From NCBI GenBank assembly GCA_963750165.1, contig CAVVPN010000010.1, positions 160,001-224,000 on the forward strand: a DNA stretch of 64,000 bases, written 5' to 3'. The notes below the pieces were generated by a model. The model was not told where the DNA came from. It did not search any database and was given only the letters and a program-made list of their open reading frames with translations. How positions within the stretch are numbered: position 1 is the first letter of the stretch; each line of letters starts with the position of its first letter. Shown here piece by piece: positions 11,585-20,399 of the stretch. This stretch comes from an uncultured Gemmataceae bacterium (lineage in GTDB: Bacteria; Planctomycetota; Planctomycetia; Gemmatales; Gemmataceae). The translations under genes and the position numbers were made by a program.

Positions 11585-12439
11585 ATGCAACCTCTCACGC
11601 CCATTACCGCCACGGCTGAGGAAGTGTTCCTGGCATGTATTAGCAAAATCAAGAAAGCGGTCCTGAAGCAGAAGCTAACGGCAATCAAGGGTGACATTGT
11701 TAACTTTGACGTTGCCTATGTAGCCGCAGGCAAGAAGCCTCCCGGAACACCTGTTTCGTTCTTTTCGCTTTCTGCCCACAGAAAAGTGGGAGCGGTCACA
11801 AAAAAGGAGATGGAGAGGGTATATGATGGGCGTATGGTCGGTGGACCTGGGCGGAAATACTACGACGAGATCCTTGATCTATGTGACGACGACATCTGCC
11901 CGCTTTGCGGTCTGCGTCTTGTCGAGACGCTGGATCATTACTTACCTAAGTCTCGATATCCCGCCCTTGCCGTTGCGCCAAACAACCTTCTTCCAGCATG
12001 CTACCCGTGCAACATCAAAAAGCGCACTGCGGTTCCGAAATGCGTTAGCAAGCAGTGCATTCACCCATACTACGACAACATTGATGCCGAAGTGTGGCTT
12101 ACGGCGTCCATCGAAAAGCCTCAGACGCCCGTCGTGGTCCTCTTCGATGTTGCCCCTCCCGCTTCCTGGGACACGGTTACTAAAAAGCGCGTCAAACACC
12201 ATTTCAAAGAACTGGCGCTCGGTCGCTTGTACTCGATCGTCGCGGGCGGAGACATTGTCGGCAACAAGCACGAGTTCACGAGGCTCCGGAACACTGCCGC
12301 TGGTGCCGCGGCCGTCAAGAAGTATCTGCTGGAGCAAGAAGCCACTCGACGAGCGGCGCGACGAAACTCGTGGCAAGCCGCGCTCTACAAAGCCCTAGCC
12401 ACCGATGCATGGTTTTGCGACACGGGCTGCCTTGGTTAG
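11585..12439 (+). CDS. HNH endonuclease, Septu PtuB-like
   Basis: CPLCG...TLDHYLPKSRYP...NLLPACYPCN. Confidence 0.88.
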   Translation: MQPLTPITATAEEVFLACISKIKKAVLKQKLTAIKGDIVNFDVAYVAAGKKPPGTPVSFFSLSAHRKVGAVTKKEMERVYDGRMVGGPGRKYYDEILDLCDDDICPLCGLRLVETLDHYLPKSRYPALAVAPNNLLPACYPCNIKKRTAVPKCVSKQCIHPYYDNIDAEVWLTASIEKPQTPVVVLFDVAPPASWDTVTKKRVKHHFKELALGRLYSIVAGGDIVGNKHEFTRLRNTAAGAAAVKKYLLEQEATRRAARRNSWQAALYKALATDAWFCDTGCLG

Positions 12440-12713
12440 TGCCAACCAAAACGCCTTCCGCCTACCCCAGGCGCCGGCCGACAAGATCAGCGGGATCGGC
12501 AGCGCCTGGATGCATCTGCCGAAACGGCACGTCAACATGGTCACGGTGAACAGGGGGCTGGAGAAGACTGCGGCCCTAAAGGAGTCGCGTCTGGTCACCG
12601 CCTCGGTGCAGGCCTGCAGCAGGAGCAAGGTGGTAAGTACCCGTAACATCACCCGATCATATCCGATTGTCTACCGATATTTTCACCCGATCGTATCTGA
12701 ATACGTTGAACCG

Positions 12714-14108
12714 TTACCTCCCTCGCCCCTCAACCGCCCTGGCCGCGTTACTCGCCGTGCGCAGCGCGTATTTCTCCCCCTCTTCCTGCGCCTTGCCGCT
12801 TTCCTGCATCAGGCGGGCCGCGGTCTCCTCGACGCTCCATCCCCAATCGATCGCCAACACACAGAAGGTGAAATCCGCCTTGCTTCGGTCCGGCCGCCCT
12901 TCCTTCCAGGCCTTCGGGTGTTCCAGGCATTGCCGATAACTCGGCCAGCCGCAGGCGTCGAGTGGCCTGGGACGGGGAATCACAGTCGCGGTGAATTTCT
13001 CCTGTGGCGCGACCAGGCCGAGGGCGTCTAGTTCGGCCTGGGTCACCACCCTGCCCGGGCTTGTGGAAACCGTCTCGACGCGCGGGAACGCCGGCGTGTA
13101 CTTCTCCTTGAAATTCATGCTGCCGCTGACGCGCACGGCGCCCGATGCGGTCAGGTCGGCCCCTGCCCCTTTCCGCAACCGCCGGGCGAAATCGGCGTCT
13201 CCGTCGGCTACGGCAATCCAGGCCTGGAAGCTGCCGGGACTGGTGCGCAGCACCAGGAACGACACCGGCCGCAACCGCACCGCCCCGTCCTCGCCAAGGT
13301 CGTCGAGTTGGATCAGCGTGGCGCCGGCGGACCGCGGGCGCACGATGACGTTGTGCCGCCGTGCGGCGGCTTCCCGGAGGATGGCGGGCATGTCGGATCG
13401 CAGCTGGTCGAGCGGGCGGTTTCCTCGGAAGCCGACCTTCTCGCCGGCGGCATCGGTGAACGTCAGGTCAAACCGCCCGGCGCCGACGCTGGCGAAGGCG
13501 TCGAGCATCTCCCGCGCCAGCGCCCCGGCCCGTGTTTCTTCTTCTTCCGGTGACTGCGGCAATGGTTCGTGACCGATTCCGGCCGCCTGATCCTCCGCGG
13601 AACCGCAGGAGCGGCCGCCGCCGTCAGCGTCCCGGGGACTTGTATCGCTGACTGCAAGGCCCCACCAATCGAGGGTCGGCGACATACCGTGCTTTTCGCG
13701 GTATTCCTGGAGGATGAGCAGGAACTGCTCATGCAGCACGTCGCGGCTGTCTCCGCGAGCGGTGGGATCATACTCGGTGGATTTGTCGAGCGGGTACACC
13801 CAGGGTTTTCCCGGCTCATGCGACCGCCACGTCCAGCCGAGTTCCTTAAACTGGTCGGTCAGTTCACGGCCAGGGTCCGGGTCCACGCCCTCCGGCGCCG
13901 TGAACACCACCTGCACCTGGGCGAAGCGGCGGTCGCGGCGGAAGCGGGCATAACGGCCGTTGCCGATGTCGATGATGTCCTCGCTGATGACCTGGGGCAA
14001 GCGCCTGGTCCACCGGCGTCGGCGCGGCTGCACCGGCTCGCCGGTATCAGGCGGCGTCAGGTCATCGGCCTCCCCTTCCCCGGCCATCTCGGGCGCCGCG
14101 TCGTTCAC
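12714..14108 (-). CDS. RepB-type DNA primase domain protein with additional N-terminal domain
   Basis: NVIVRP...LIQLDDL...LRTSPGSFQAW...RVSGSMNFK and C-terminal DRSKADF helical domain, as in RSF1010 RepB'-like primases. Confidence 0.75.
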   Translation of the reverse strand: MNDAAPEMAGEGEADDLTPPDTGEPVQPRRRRWTRRLPQVISEDIIDIGNGRYARFRRDRRFAQVQVVFTAPEGVDPDPGRELTDQFKELGWTWRSHEPGKPWVYPLDKSTEYDPTARGDSRDVLHEQFLLILQEYREKHGMSPTLDWWGLAVSDTSPRDADGGGRSCGSAEDQAAGIGHEPLPQSPEEEETRAGALAREMLDAFASVGAGRFDLTFTDAAGEKVGFRGNRPLDQLRSDMPAILREAAARRHNVIVRPRSAGATLIQLDDLGEDGAVRLRPVSFLVLRTSPGSFQAWIAVADGDADFARRLRKGAGADLTASGAVRVSGSMNFKEKYTPAFPRVETVSTSPGRVVTQAELDALGLVAPQEKFTATVIPRPRPLDACGWPSYRQCLEHPKAWKEGRPDRSKADFTFCVLAIDWGWSVEETAARLMQESGKAQEEGEKYALRTASNAARAVEGRGR

Positions 14109-14293
14109 GGGACGTCAGGATGCGACACCAGTGGGGAGGATTTCGTGTTGTGCGGGATCACGGTTTCTTGCCCTTTGATAGCTTTTTCGGTTGGGTGGGG
14201 AGTGGGCCTGGCTCTTCGAGTGCCGGCAGCGCGGCCTCCGAAGGCGCGGGGGTGAGGTCCAGGAACTCAAGGTAGATGTCCTTGAAGACGGCC

Positions 14294-14350
14294 CCGGCTT
14301 CGGGGTGCAATGCTGCCAGCGGCGTTGACAGTTTTGGCGGCGCCAGGACC
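14294..14350. repeat. 57-bp direct repeat copy A within a foldable element upstream of the primase gene
   Basis: 52/57 identical to 15077-15133; contains TTGACA and a short hairpin. Confidence 0.9.
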
Positions 14351-14386
14351 ATTCTCGCAACCATGTCGCGAGTTCTGGCTGGTCAC

Positions 14387-14869
14387 TTACACGCCGAGGG
14401 AAAAGAAACTTTTCTGCTCCAACCCCCTCTCCTGGCGGATCAGGTTGGCGGCCTCGAAGGCCAATTGCTCGGCCTCGTCGCGGTACTGCCGCGCCGCGGC
14501 CGGGTTGATGCGCTTGTACCAGAGTTTGTTCTCGCCGTCGAAGCGGTAACCGTGCTCCTCCTTCAAAAGCCTGCGGACTTCCTCCTGCGGTTTCTCGTCG
14601 AACTGGATCGTCATGCGCCGGTTCGTCTGGTCTTCGCGGAGGTGGACGCCCGCCTCCACGTCGGTCCAGATGCCGACGATGCGCGTGCTCCAGGAGGCCC
14701 TGCCGTCCTGGGGCGCTTCGCCGACAGGCGTGGCTTCCGCGGCCGCGGCGGCGGTCGGCGGCGTTTCGTTGCCGCTCAGGCCCTCCGATGCCGGGTGATC
14801 CGTCTGGGGTTGTGCGAGGTTTTCCGCGTCCTGATCAGGTTGCGCTTTCTTCGGCCGTACCATAAGCAT
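14387..14869 (-). CDS. Hypothetical plasmid protein with FDEKP.EEVR..LK..GY.F motif
   Basis: Strong GAGGAAGGA RBS; motif reminiscent of the C-terminal module of DUF3560-type plasmid proteins. Confidence 0.7.
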   Translation of the reverse strand: MLMVRPKKAQPDQDAENLAQPQTDHPASEGLSGNETPPTAAAAAEATPVGEAPQDGRASWSTRIVGIWTDVEAGVHLREDQTNRRMTIQFDEKPQEEVRRLLKEEHGYRFDGENKLWYKRINPAAARQYRDEAEQLAFEAANLIRQERGLEQKSFFSLGV

Positions 14870-15076
14870 TCCTTCCTCGGTTGTTGGTGGGAAGGCCGGT
14901 ATAGCGCGGCGGCGTGGTGAAGTAAAGGAGATGTTTGCGGCCGGCAAGTCAACATTCCCGCGCAGACACGCCTCGCTACGCTCGGACAGCATTTCCGAGC
15001 GTCCTGCCCCCAGCAGGACTCCTCGGTGCTGTCTGTGCAGAAATGCCCTCGGCCCGGCAAGCGCGGGTTCCTCGGA

Positions 15077-15133
15077 CCGGCATCAGGGTGCAATTCTGCC
15101 AACGGTGTTGACAGTTTTGGCGGCGCCAGGACC
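15077..15133. repeat. 57-bp direct repeat copy B within a multi-hairpin element (14940-15133)
   Basis: 52/57 identical to 14294-14350. Confidence 0.9.
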
Positions 15134-15689
15134 GTCCGCTCAAACAGGCGCCGTCCTGCTGTCGCTACGAAGCAACCGAACGTTATCCCAGCCGCACCGG
15201 GCGTGGGGACCGGCGGCCGCGGCAACTCCCGGGGAGCCCGGCCGGCGGTGTCGGGGAGGTAACTGGTGCACGGGCCACCCAGGGCCGGCGAGCCGGTGGT
15301 GGCATCGCGCCACTGTGTGCCACAGGAATGCCCACCGAAGCGCGAAGGCGGCGCTGGGTAGGGTGGGAGTGCCCCCTACCCTCTTTGCTGTTCCTGGACC
15401 AATTCTGAAGGAATGGAAGGGGTCCCCGCCGCTACTTACCCTGGCGGCCGGTAAGTTGGCCAACTGAGTGGCCAACCGACTCGGCTCCTCTTCCTTTCCC
15501 TGCCGAGCCCGCGCCGCGTTAGCGGCGCCCCGCCCAGATGGGTTGCGCGGCGGCGTGAGCCGCGCTCATTTTTAGGCTTGCCAGAGGGGGTTGCAGGGGG
15601 AGATGAGCAAATCATCTCCCCCTTCCTAAACGATATTTGCAGTCCGCCAGGACTGCTCAGTCTCCATTTGCGTAGCAAATGGCTTCGTG

Positions 15690-15970
15690 TCAACGCAGGT
15701 TATCCACAGGTGGCGCCTGTGTGTTATAGATGAGTTAATTACTTGTGTTAAAGGGCCGAACTCGACGTGCAAGCCCTTGTAGAAGCTGGAACATTTCATA
15801 GCACTTCCGTGTAAATACACGAAAGGTTCTGGGCAAATGCACGATGGTTTTCGTGTAAAAGCACGATAACGGCTTGCGCCGTGTGATCGCACGAAACGGC
15901 CATTTTTCGGGTGAAAACACGATGCTTGACATTTCTGTGTGAAAGCACGAATATGGGTGAAAACACGAAA
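15690..15970. promoter_or_regulatory. Plasmid oriV: DnaA box, AT-rich tract and about 7 iterons overlapping the repA promoter
   Basis: TTATCCACA at 15700-15708; AT-rich 15722-15752; repeated (C)G(T/G)GT.AA.(A/G)CACGA units in 15805-15970; TTGACA at 15926. Confidence 0.8.
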
Positions 15971-15980
15971 CGGCCGACCG

Positions 15981-17024
15981 ATGGACACCCCCCCGACGCG
16001 CTCCCCCCTCCTGCCCGAACGCCACCCGATCCAGGACTTCTTCATCTGCGACGTGGCCGACGCCATCCCCAAGGACGACATGGGCTCGATGGAGCACCCG
16101 ATCTTCTCCCTGGCCACCAAGCCCGACATGGGCGTCCGGGAGTACGAGCACAACGGCGTGCGCCTCGCCGTCCTGCCCAGCGTCCTGGGGCTGGCCACCA
16201 TCCACGACAAGGACATCCTCATCTACTGCATCAGCCAACTCGTCGCCAAGCTGAACGCCGGCGTGCCGCTGCAGCAGACGCTGCACCTCAAGGCCTACGA
16301 CCTGCTGGTGGCCACCAACCGCAACACCGACGGCCGCGGCTACGAGCAGCTGAAGGGCGCCCTGGACCGCCTGAGCGGCACCCGCATCCGCACCAACATC
16401 CGGACGGGGGACCAGGAGGTCACCGAGGGCTTCGGCCTGATCGACGGCTGGAAGATCGTCCGGCAGACGAACGGCGGCCGCATGACGGAGCTGCGCATCA
16501 CCCTCTCGGAGTGGGTCTTCAACGCCGTCACCGCCCGCGAGGTCCTGACGCTGCACCGCGACTACTTCCGGCTGCGCAAGCCCCTGGAGCGCCGCATGTA
16601 CGAGCTGGCCCGCAAGCACTGCGGCAAGCAGGACGAGTGGGCCATCTCCCTGGAACTGCTCAAGAAGAAGTGCGGCTCGGCCTCGGACGAGTACGAGTTC
16701 CGGCGGCTGGTCGGCATGATCTGCGACGAGGACGCGCGCCACCACCACATGCCGGATTACGCCGTCGCGTTTGACGGCGCCAACGTGCGGTTCGTGAACC
16801 GCAGCGCCCTGCGCCTCCTCCCCGCCCCGCCAGCGGCCTACCCCGTGCTCGACCCGGAAACCTACCACGACGCCAGGACCGTGGCCCCCGGCTATGACGT
16901 GTACTACTTGGAGCAGCAGTGGCGGTCCTTCTGGGTCGAGAGCGGCAGGCCGGAACTGACCAACCCGGACGCGGCCTTCCTCGGCTTCTGCAAGATCCGC
17001 CACGGCAAACAGCCAAACCCGTAA
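15981..17024 (+). CDS. repA: Plasmid replication initiator, RPA/RepA family
   Basis: QDFFICDV.DAIPKDD..SMEHPIFSL, GLATIHDKDILIYCISQL, YFRLRKPLERRMYELARKHCG. Confidence 0.9.
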   Translation: MDTPPTRSPLLPERHPIQDFFICDVADAIPKDDMGSMEHPIFSLATKPDMGVREYEHNGVRLAVLPSVLGLATIHDKDILIYCISQLVAKLNAGVPLQQTLHLKAYDLLVATNRNTDGRGYEQLKGALDRLSGTRIRTNIRTGDQEVTEGFGLIDGWKIVRQTNGGRMTELRITLSEWVFNAVTAREVLTLHRDYFRLRKPLERRMYELARKHCGKQDEWAISLELLKKKCGSASDEYEFRRLVGMICDEDARHHHMPDYAVAFDGANVRFVNRSALRLLPAPPAAYPVLDPETYHDARTVAPGYDVYYLEQQWRSFWVESGRPELTNPDAAFLGFCKIRHGKQPNP

Positions 17025-17113
17025 GTGGCTTGCCTGTGGCGTAAGGAATTTGCCCGTCGTCCGCTCAAGGGGTGGGCGGAATTGGCGAAAACGGACCATG
17101 CTCCGCGAGTCCC

Positions 17114-17368
17114 TCAATCGGGTTTCGCCGCCTCTCCGGCCGGCGTCAACTCCCGCTCGATCAGGGCGCGGACCTTGTCCTGGATGGTCACGCCCTCGAC
17201 GACGCACCGGCCCTTGAACGCCGTGTGCAGCGGCGCCGGGAGGTTCAGGGTCAGCCGCTTCTGCGGCCCTCCTTCGCCTCGCACCCACTGGTCCGGAAGG
17301 GCCGGCAACTCCTCCTTGGCCGCCCGCGGCCGCACGCTGAAATCTACCGTCTTTTTCTTGCCCGTCAT
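17114..17368 (-). CDS. ParG-like ribbon-helix-helix partition protein
   Basis: KRLTLNLPAPLHTAFKGRC..GVTIQDKVRALIE; start overlaps the parA stop. Confidence 0.8.
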   Translation of the reverse strand: MTGKKKTVDFSVRPRAAKEELPALPDQWVRGEGGPQKRLTLNLPAPLHTAFKGRCVVEGVTIQDKVRALIERELTPAGEAAKPD

Positions 17369-17991
17369 GACGCCAGCTTCTGCACCTCCCTGGCCAGGGA
17401 TTGAATCTCCTTGCTCGCCGCGCTGTCCGCGTCGAGTTCCAGCACCGTGCGCCCGTGGGCGCTTTCGGCGAAGGCCACCCGCTGGCAGACGGTCGTCTGG
17501 AGCACCGGCTGCGGGTACTGCTTGAGGGCCTTGGCCACGTCGCGGCCGATGGCGGTGTTGGCGATCTTGCGGTTGATGACGAACGCCGCCCTGAGCTGGG
17601 GCTTGTAGGTGGCGCACTCCTGCAGCAGCTTGACCGTCTCCTCGGCCGCCCAAACATCGAACTGGCTGGGCAGGACCGGGATCAGGACGGCGTCGCTGGC
17701 CATGACGGCGCTTTTGGCCACCTCGTACACCCGCGGCGGGCCGTCAATGAGGACCACATCGAAGTCCCTGGCCATCTTGGCGAGTTCCAGGTGGAGGATG
17801 GGCTTGCTCATGCCGATGACGGCGAACGGCGTGTCCTGGCCGCGGGCGGCGACCCAGTCGAGGGCGGACCCCTGGGGGTCGGCGTCCACGACCAGCACGC
17901 GTAGTTTGCGGGCGGCGAGGGCGGCCGCCAGGTTGACCGATAAGGTCGTCTTGCCGACGCCGCCCTTCTGATTGATGACCGAGATAATCAA
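17365..17991 (-). CDS. parA: ParA/ParF-type partition ATPase (type Ib)
   Basis: NQKGGVGKTT, VDADPQGS, IDGPP, LIPVLPS.FD; about 208 aa without an N-terminal HTH; probable TTG start. Confidence 0.93.
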   Translation of the reverse strand: MIISVINQKGGVGKTTLSVNLAAALAARKLRVLVVDADPQGSALDWVAARGQDTPFAVIGMSKPILHLELAKMARDFDVVLIDGPPRVYEVAKSAVMASDAVLIPVLPSQFDVWAAEETVKLLQECATYKPQLRAAFVINRKIANTAIGRDVAKALKQYPQPVLQTTVCQRVAFAESAHGRTVLELDADSAASKEIQSLAREVQKLAS

Positions 17992-18039
17992 GCACTGCCC
18001 TTTCGTTGCGTTGCACTGGCCGTTCCCTGGCGCGTCGGC

Positions 18040-18395
18040 AGTTTGCCGCTTTTCCGGGAAGGCGGAAAACCGCTTCCCCGCCGACCCGCCTTCCTGCATA
18101 AATGGTTTTGCGGCGATGTCAAGCAGGTTGTAACCGGGCGAAGCGGCAAAGCGTAAAGGCGGAAAGCCGCCGAAGCGTTTCGGCACTTCGGCGGGTAAGC
18201 GTGGTTGATGTTAAGCGTTCTGGCGCGTCGGCGGAAAAGCGTATTGCCGCCGACGCGCCGAAGAGGGAAAGCGGTGAGGCTGTTCGGCGTGGAGGCGGCA
18301 AACCGCTCAGGCGGCAACGCGCCGAAATACAGAGGCGGTAAGGCGACCTGGCGGAAAGGCGGCACTGTGGTAACGCGGCAACACTGCTATCCGCC
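18040..18395. promoter_or_regulatory. Candidate parS centromere upstream of parA
   Basis: Many degenerate GCGG(A/C/T)AA units arrayed upstream of the parA-parG operon. Confidence 0.55.
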
Positions 18396-18707
18396 GATGT
18401 GATTCCCCGCCAAGGCGTGTCCCCGCCGACACAGTTAAGCGGCTGACTGAATCCGGGGCTTTCCCGGGGAAATCCCCTTGGGTTGACACAGTCAAAGATT
18501 CCGAAGCGAAGCCTTCGGGAAGACGCCTGCCCTTCTACTGGCTTTACCACACCTGCGAGACTTCGTGCCCGCCAGCGTGTGCCCTGGGGGCGATTTGGGG
18601 GGTAGGGATGGGGGGCCGACCGAGGCATCCGTATCGGGACGATGGCATCCTTCAACCGCGGGAGAGGGGAGAGCGGAGCCTCCCACCAGGCAGGGCGGGA
18701 CCGCCCA

Positions 18708-19820
18708 TCAGTGGCCGGACATAGCCGGGGCTGAAGGCACGACTCCGGTGTTGGCGCGGCGGCGCACCCGCCGGATCGTCCGGCCGTTCACACCGGCCTG
18801 GAGGCTGATTTCGTCGGCCGGAAGCCGCTCCGCCTCGGCCGCGATCCACTTTACCGCCGCTTGCGTCAGGCGGAAAGCCGGGTGAATGCCTTCGGGCAGC
18901 GGGGCGAACGTGTGGCCGCAGGCCGTGCAGCGAAAGCGGCTGCGGGTCAGGGCCAGGCGGACAGGGCGGCCGTGTCGCGGATGGTCCCACACACGGGTCG
19001 TCCTGCCGCCGTGGCCGGCCAGCCGGGTGGCGTCCGGCGCAGGCCGCGCGCAGCCCGGGCAGCTGACGGGTTCGTGGCGGAACCGGGCATGCACCAGGTA
19101 GCCGCCGGTGCCGGAGGACACGCGCTCCACCGTCCACCCCGGTCGGGCAAGCAAGTGGTCTCCCAGGCCGCCGCGGAAGAAGTCAGGCGCCGCCGCCGCG
19201 AGCAAAGCATCGTCCGATTCCCCGTGCAACCGCTGAAGCCAGCCCAAAGCGAGGGGAATTCTTTGATCCGGCCAGCGGGAAAAGCCCGATCCGTCGATGC
19301 TGTCGCAGCCGAGTTGGTAAGCGTGTCGGAACCGTTTCCTGGTGTTGCACCTTCCGAAGTGCGACCATTTCCCGCGCTGCTTCGCCTCTCGTGCGACCGC
19401 GGCGGCGTGCGGACCGAGTTTCCACTCCGTGCTGCCGCCGATGAAGAGGGCGTCGAGGTCGTCCCAGGAAACGGCGAGGCGTTCGAGCCCGTCCTGGGCG
19501 ACGAGGGCGACGGGCAGGCCGAGGGCGCGGATCACCGGCGACCAGACGGCGAACCGCCGCAAGGTGGCCGCCGCGTCCCCGACAACATCGGGGCAGGCCA
19601 CGAACCGGCACCCCGGGTGGCCAGCGATCCGGCCGAGCATCCGGCAGAACCGGGCCGCGTCGAATCCGGTGAAGGCGGCGTTGTCCGCCGCCCAGGGAAC
19701 GCCGGCCGTCAGCAGCGGGTCCACGCGGTTGCCGGCCCCGGGCACGACCAGCGCCCCGAGGTAAGGCGAGCCGAGGTGGCGGCGCAGGGTGGCGGTGGCT
19801 CCAGAGACGAACAGGCGCAT
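18708..19820 (-). CDS. TGT/DpdA-like TIM-barrel protein fused to an ISL3-type zinc finger and HTH
   Basis: WAADNAAF, PDVVGDA, VAQDG, LFIGGSTEWK, SHFGRCN, GCDSIDGSG; C-terminal CPGC...WDHP..GRPVRL.L.RSRFRCTACGHTF...GVNGRTIRR. Confidence 0.7.
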   Translation of the reverse strand: MRLFVSGATATLRRHLGSPYLGALVVPGAGNRVDPLLTAGVPWAADNAAFTGFDAARFCRMLGRIAGHPGCRFVACPDVVGDAAATLRRFAVWSPVIRALGLPVALVAQDGLERLAVSWDDLDALFIGGSTEWKLGPHAAAVAREAKQRGKWSHFGRCNTRKRFRHAYQLGCDSIDGSGFSRWPDQRIPLALGWLQRLHGESDDALLAAAAPDFFRGGLGDHLLARPGWTVERVSSGTGGYLVHARFRHEPVSCPGCARPAPDATRLAGHGGRTTRVWDHPRHGRPVRLALTRSRFRCTACGHTFAPLPEGIHPAFRLTQAAVKWIAAEAERLPADEISLQAGVNGRTIRRVRRRANTGVVPSAPAMSGH

Positions 19821-19941
19821 GGGGACGGGAGGAGTGACAAACCAGGTGGAAAATGCCACGCGGCGACAGACTTCGCAACCGGAAATGTCCACGCGCCGGC
19901 CGCCGTTGCGGCGATGGCGATGCGTTGCACGTGTTCGGTGG

Positions 19942-20154
19942 TTATGAGTACCTCCTGTTACTGTTGAACGCCGCAGCCCGCCACGCCTCCATGGCGCGCT
20001 GGTACGTCTCGCCGAGCGCCCGTATCTCCGCCGTCTGCCTGTCGGGCTGGTAGCGGTAGTCACCGGCCTTCCTGCCGTAAGCGCGCCTCAGCGCCTCACC
20101 GAAGCGCTGGTCGGCTTCCTGGGCGAGAAGGTAGAGGGTGAGTAAGCGAGTCAT
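19942..20154 (-). CDS. Small hypothetical protein
   Basis: GAGGAGG-type RBS, translationally coupled to the upstream gene. Confidence 0.65.
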   Translation of the reverse strand: MTRLLTLYLLAQEADQRFGEALRRAYGRKAGDYRYQPDRQTAEIRALGETYQRAMEAWRAAAFNSNRRYS

Positions 20155-20399
20155 GGTGCTTCCTCCTCTGGGTTGCCGTGCTCGGCGTCGAAGTGCATCC
20201 TGGCGAGCCGCAGGGATTGATCGACGTAGGCTTCCGCCTCGCCGCCGTCCTCCGCTGCGTAATGCGCGGCCAGGTGCAGCAGGTCAGCGATCAGGTCGGT
20301 GATCTCGACCGTGCTGGCCTCGAAGTCCTCGCCCTTGGCCGAGACGTAGGCTTCCAGGGTTTCGGCCGCGCGAGCGGAACGGATCGTGTTGTTGGTCAT
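20151..20399 (-). CDS. Small acidic helical phage/plasmid-type protein
   Basis: RA.RA..L..Y...ITDLIADLLH...A.MHF.AE pattern; GGAGG RBS; ATGA overlap. Confidence 0.7.
   Translation of the reverse strand: MTNNTIRSARAAETLEAYVSAKGEDFEASTVEITDLIADLLHLAAHYAAEDGGEAEAYVDQSLRLARMHFDAEHGNPEEEAP

Noticed and set aside
12405..13031. 208-aa plus-strand ORF after the HNH gene
   Set aside because: No recognisable motif and half overlaps the primase antisense; at most a short gene remnant at the defence/plasmid junction.
15735..17657. 640-aa minus-strand ORF across repA
   Set aside because: Antisense/alternate-frame shadow of repA and parA/parG.
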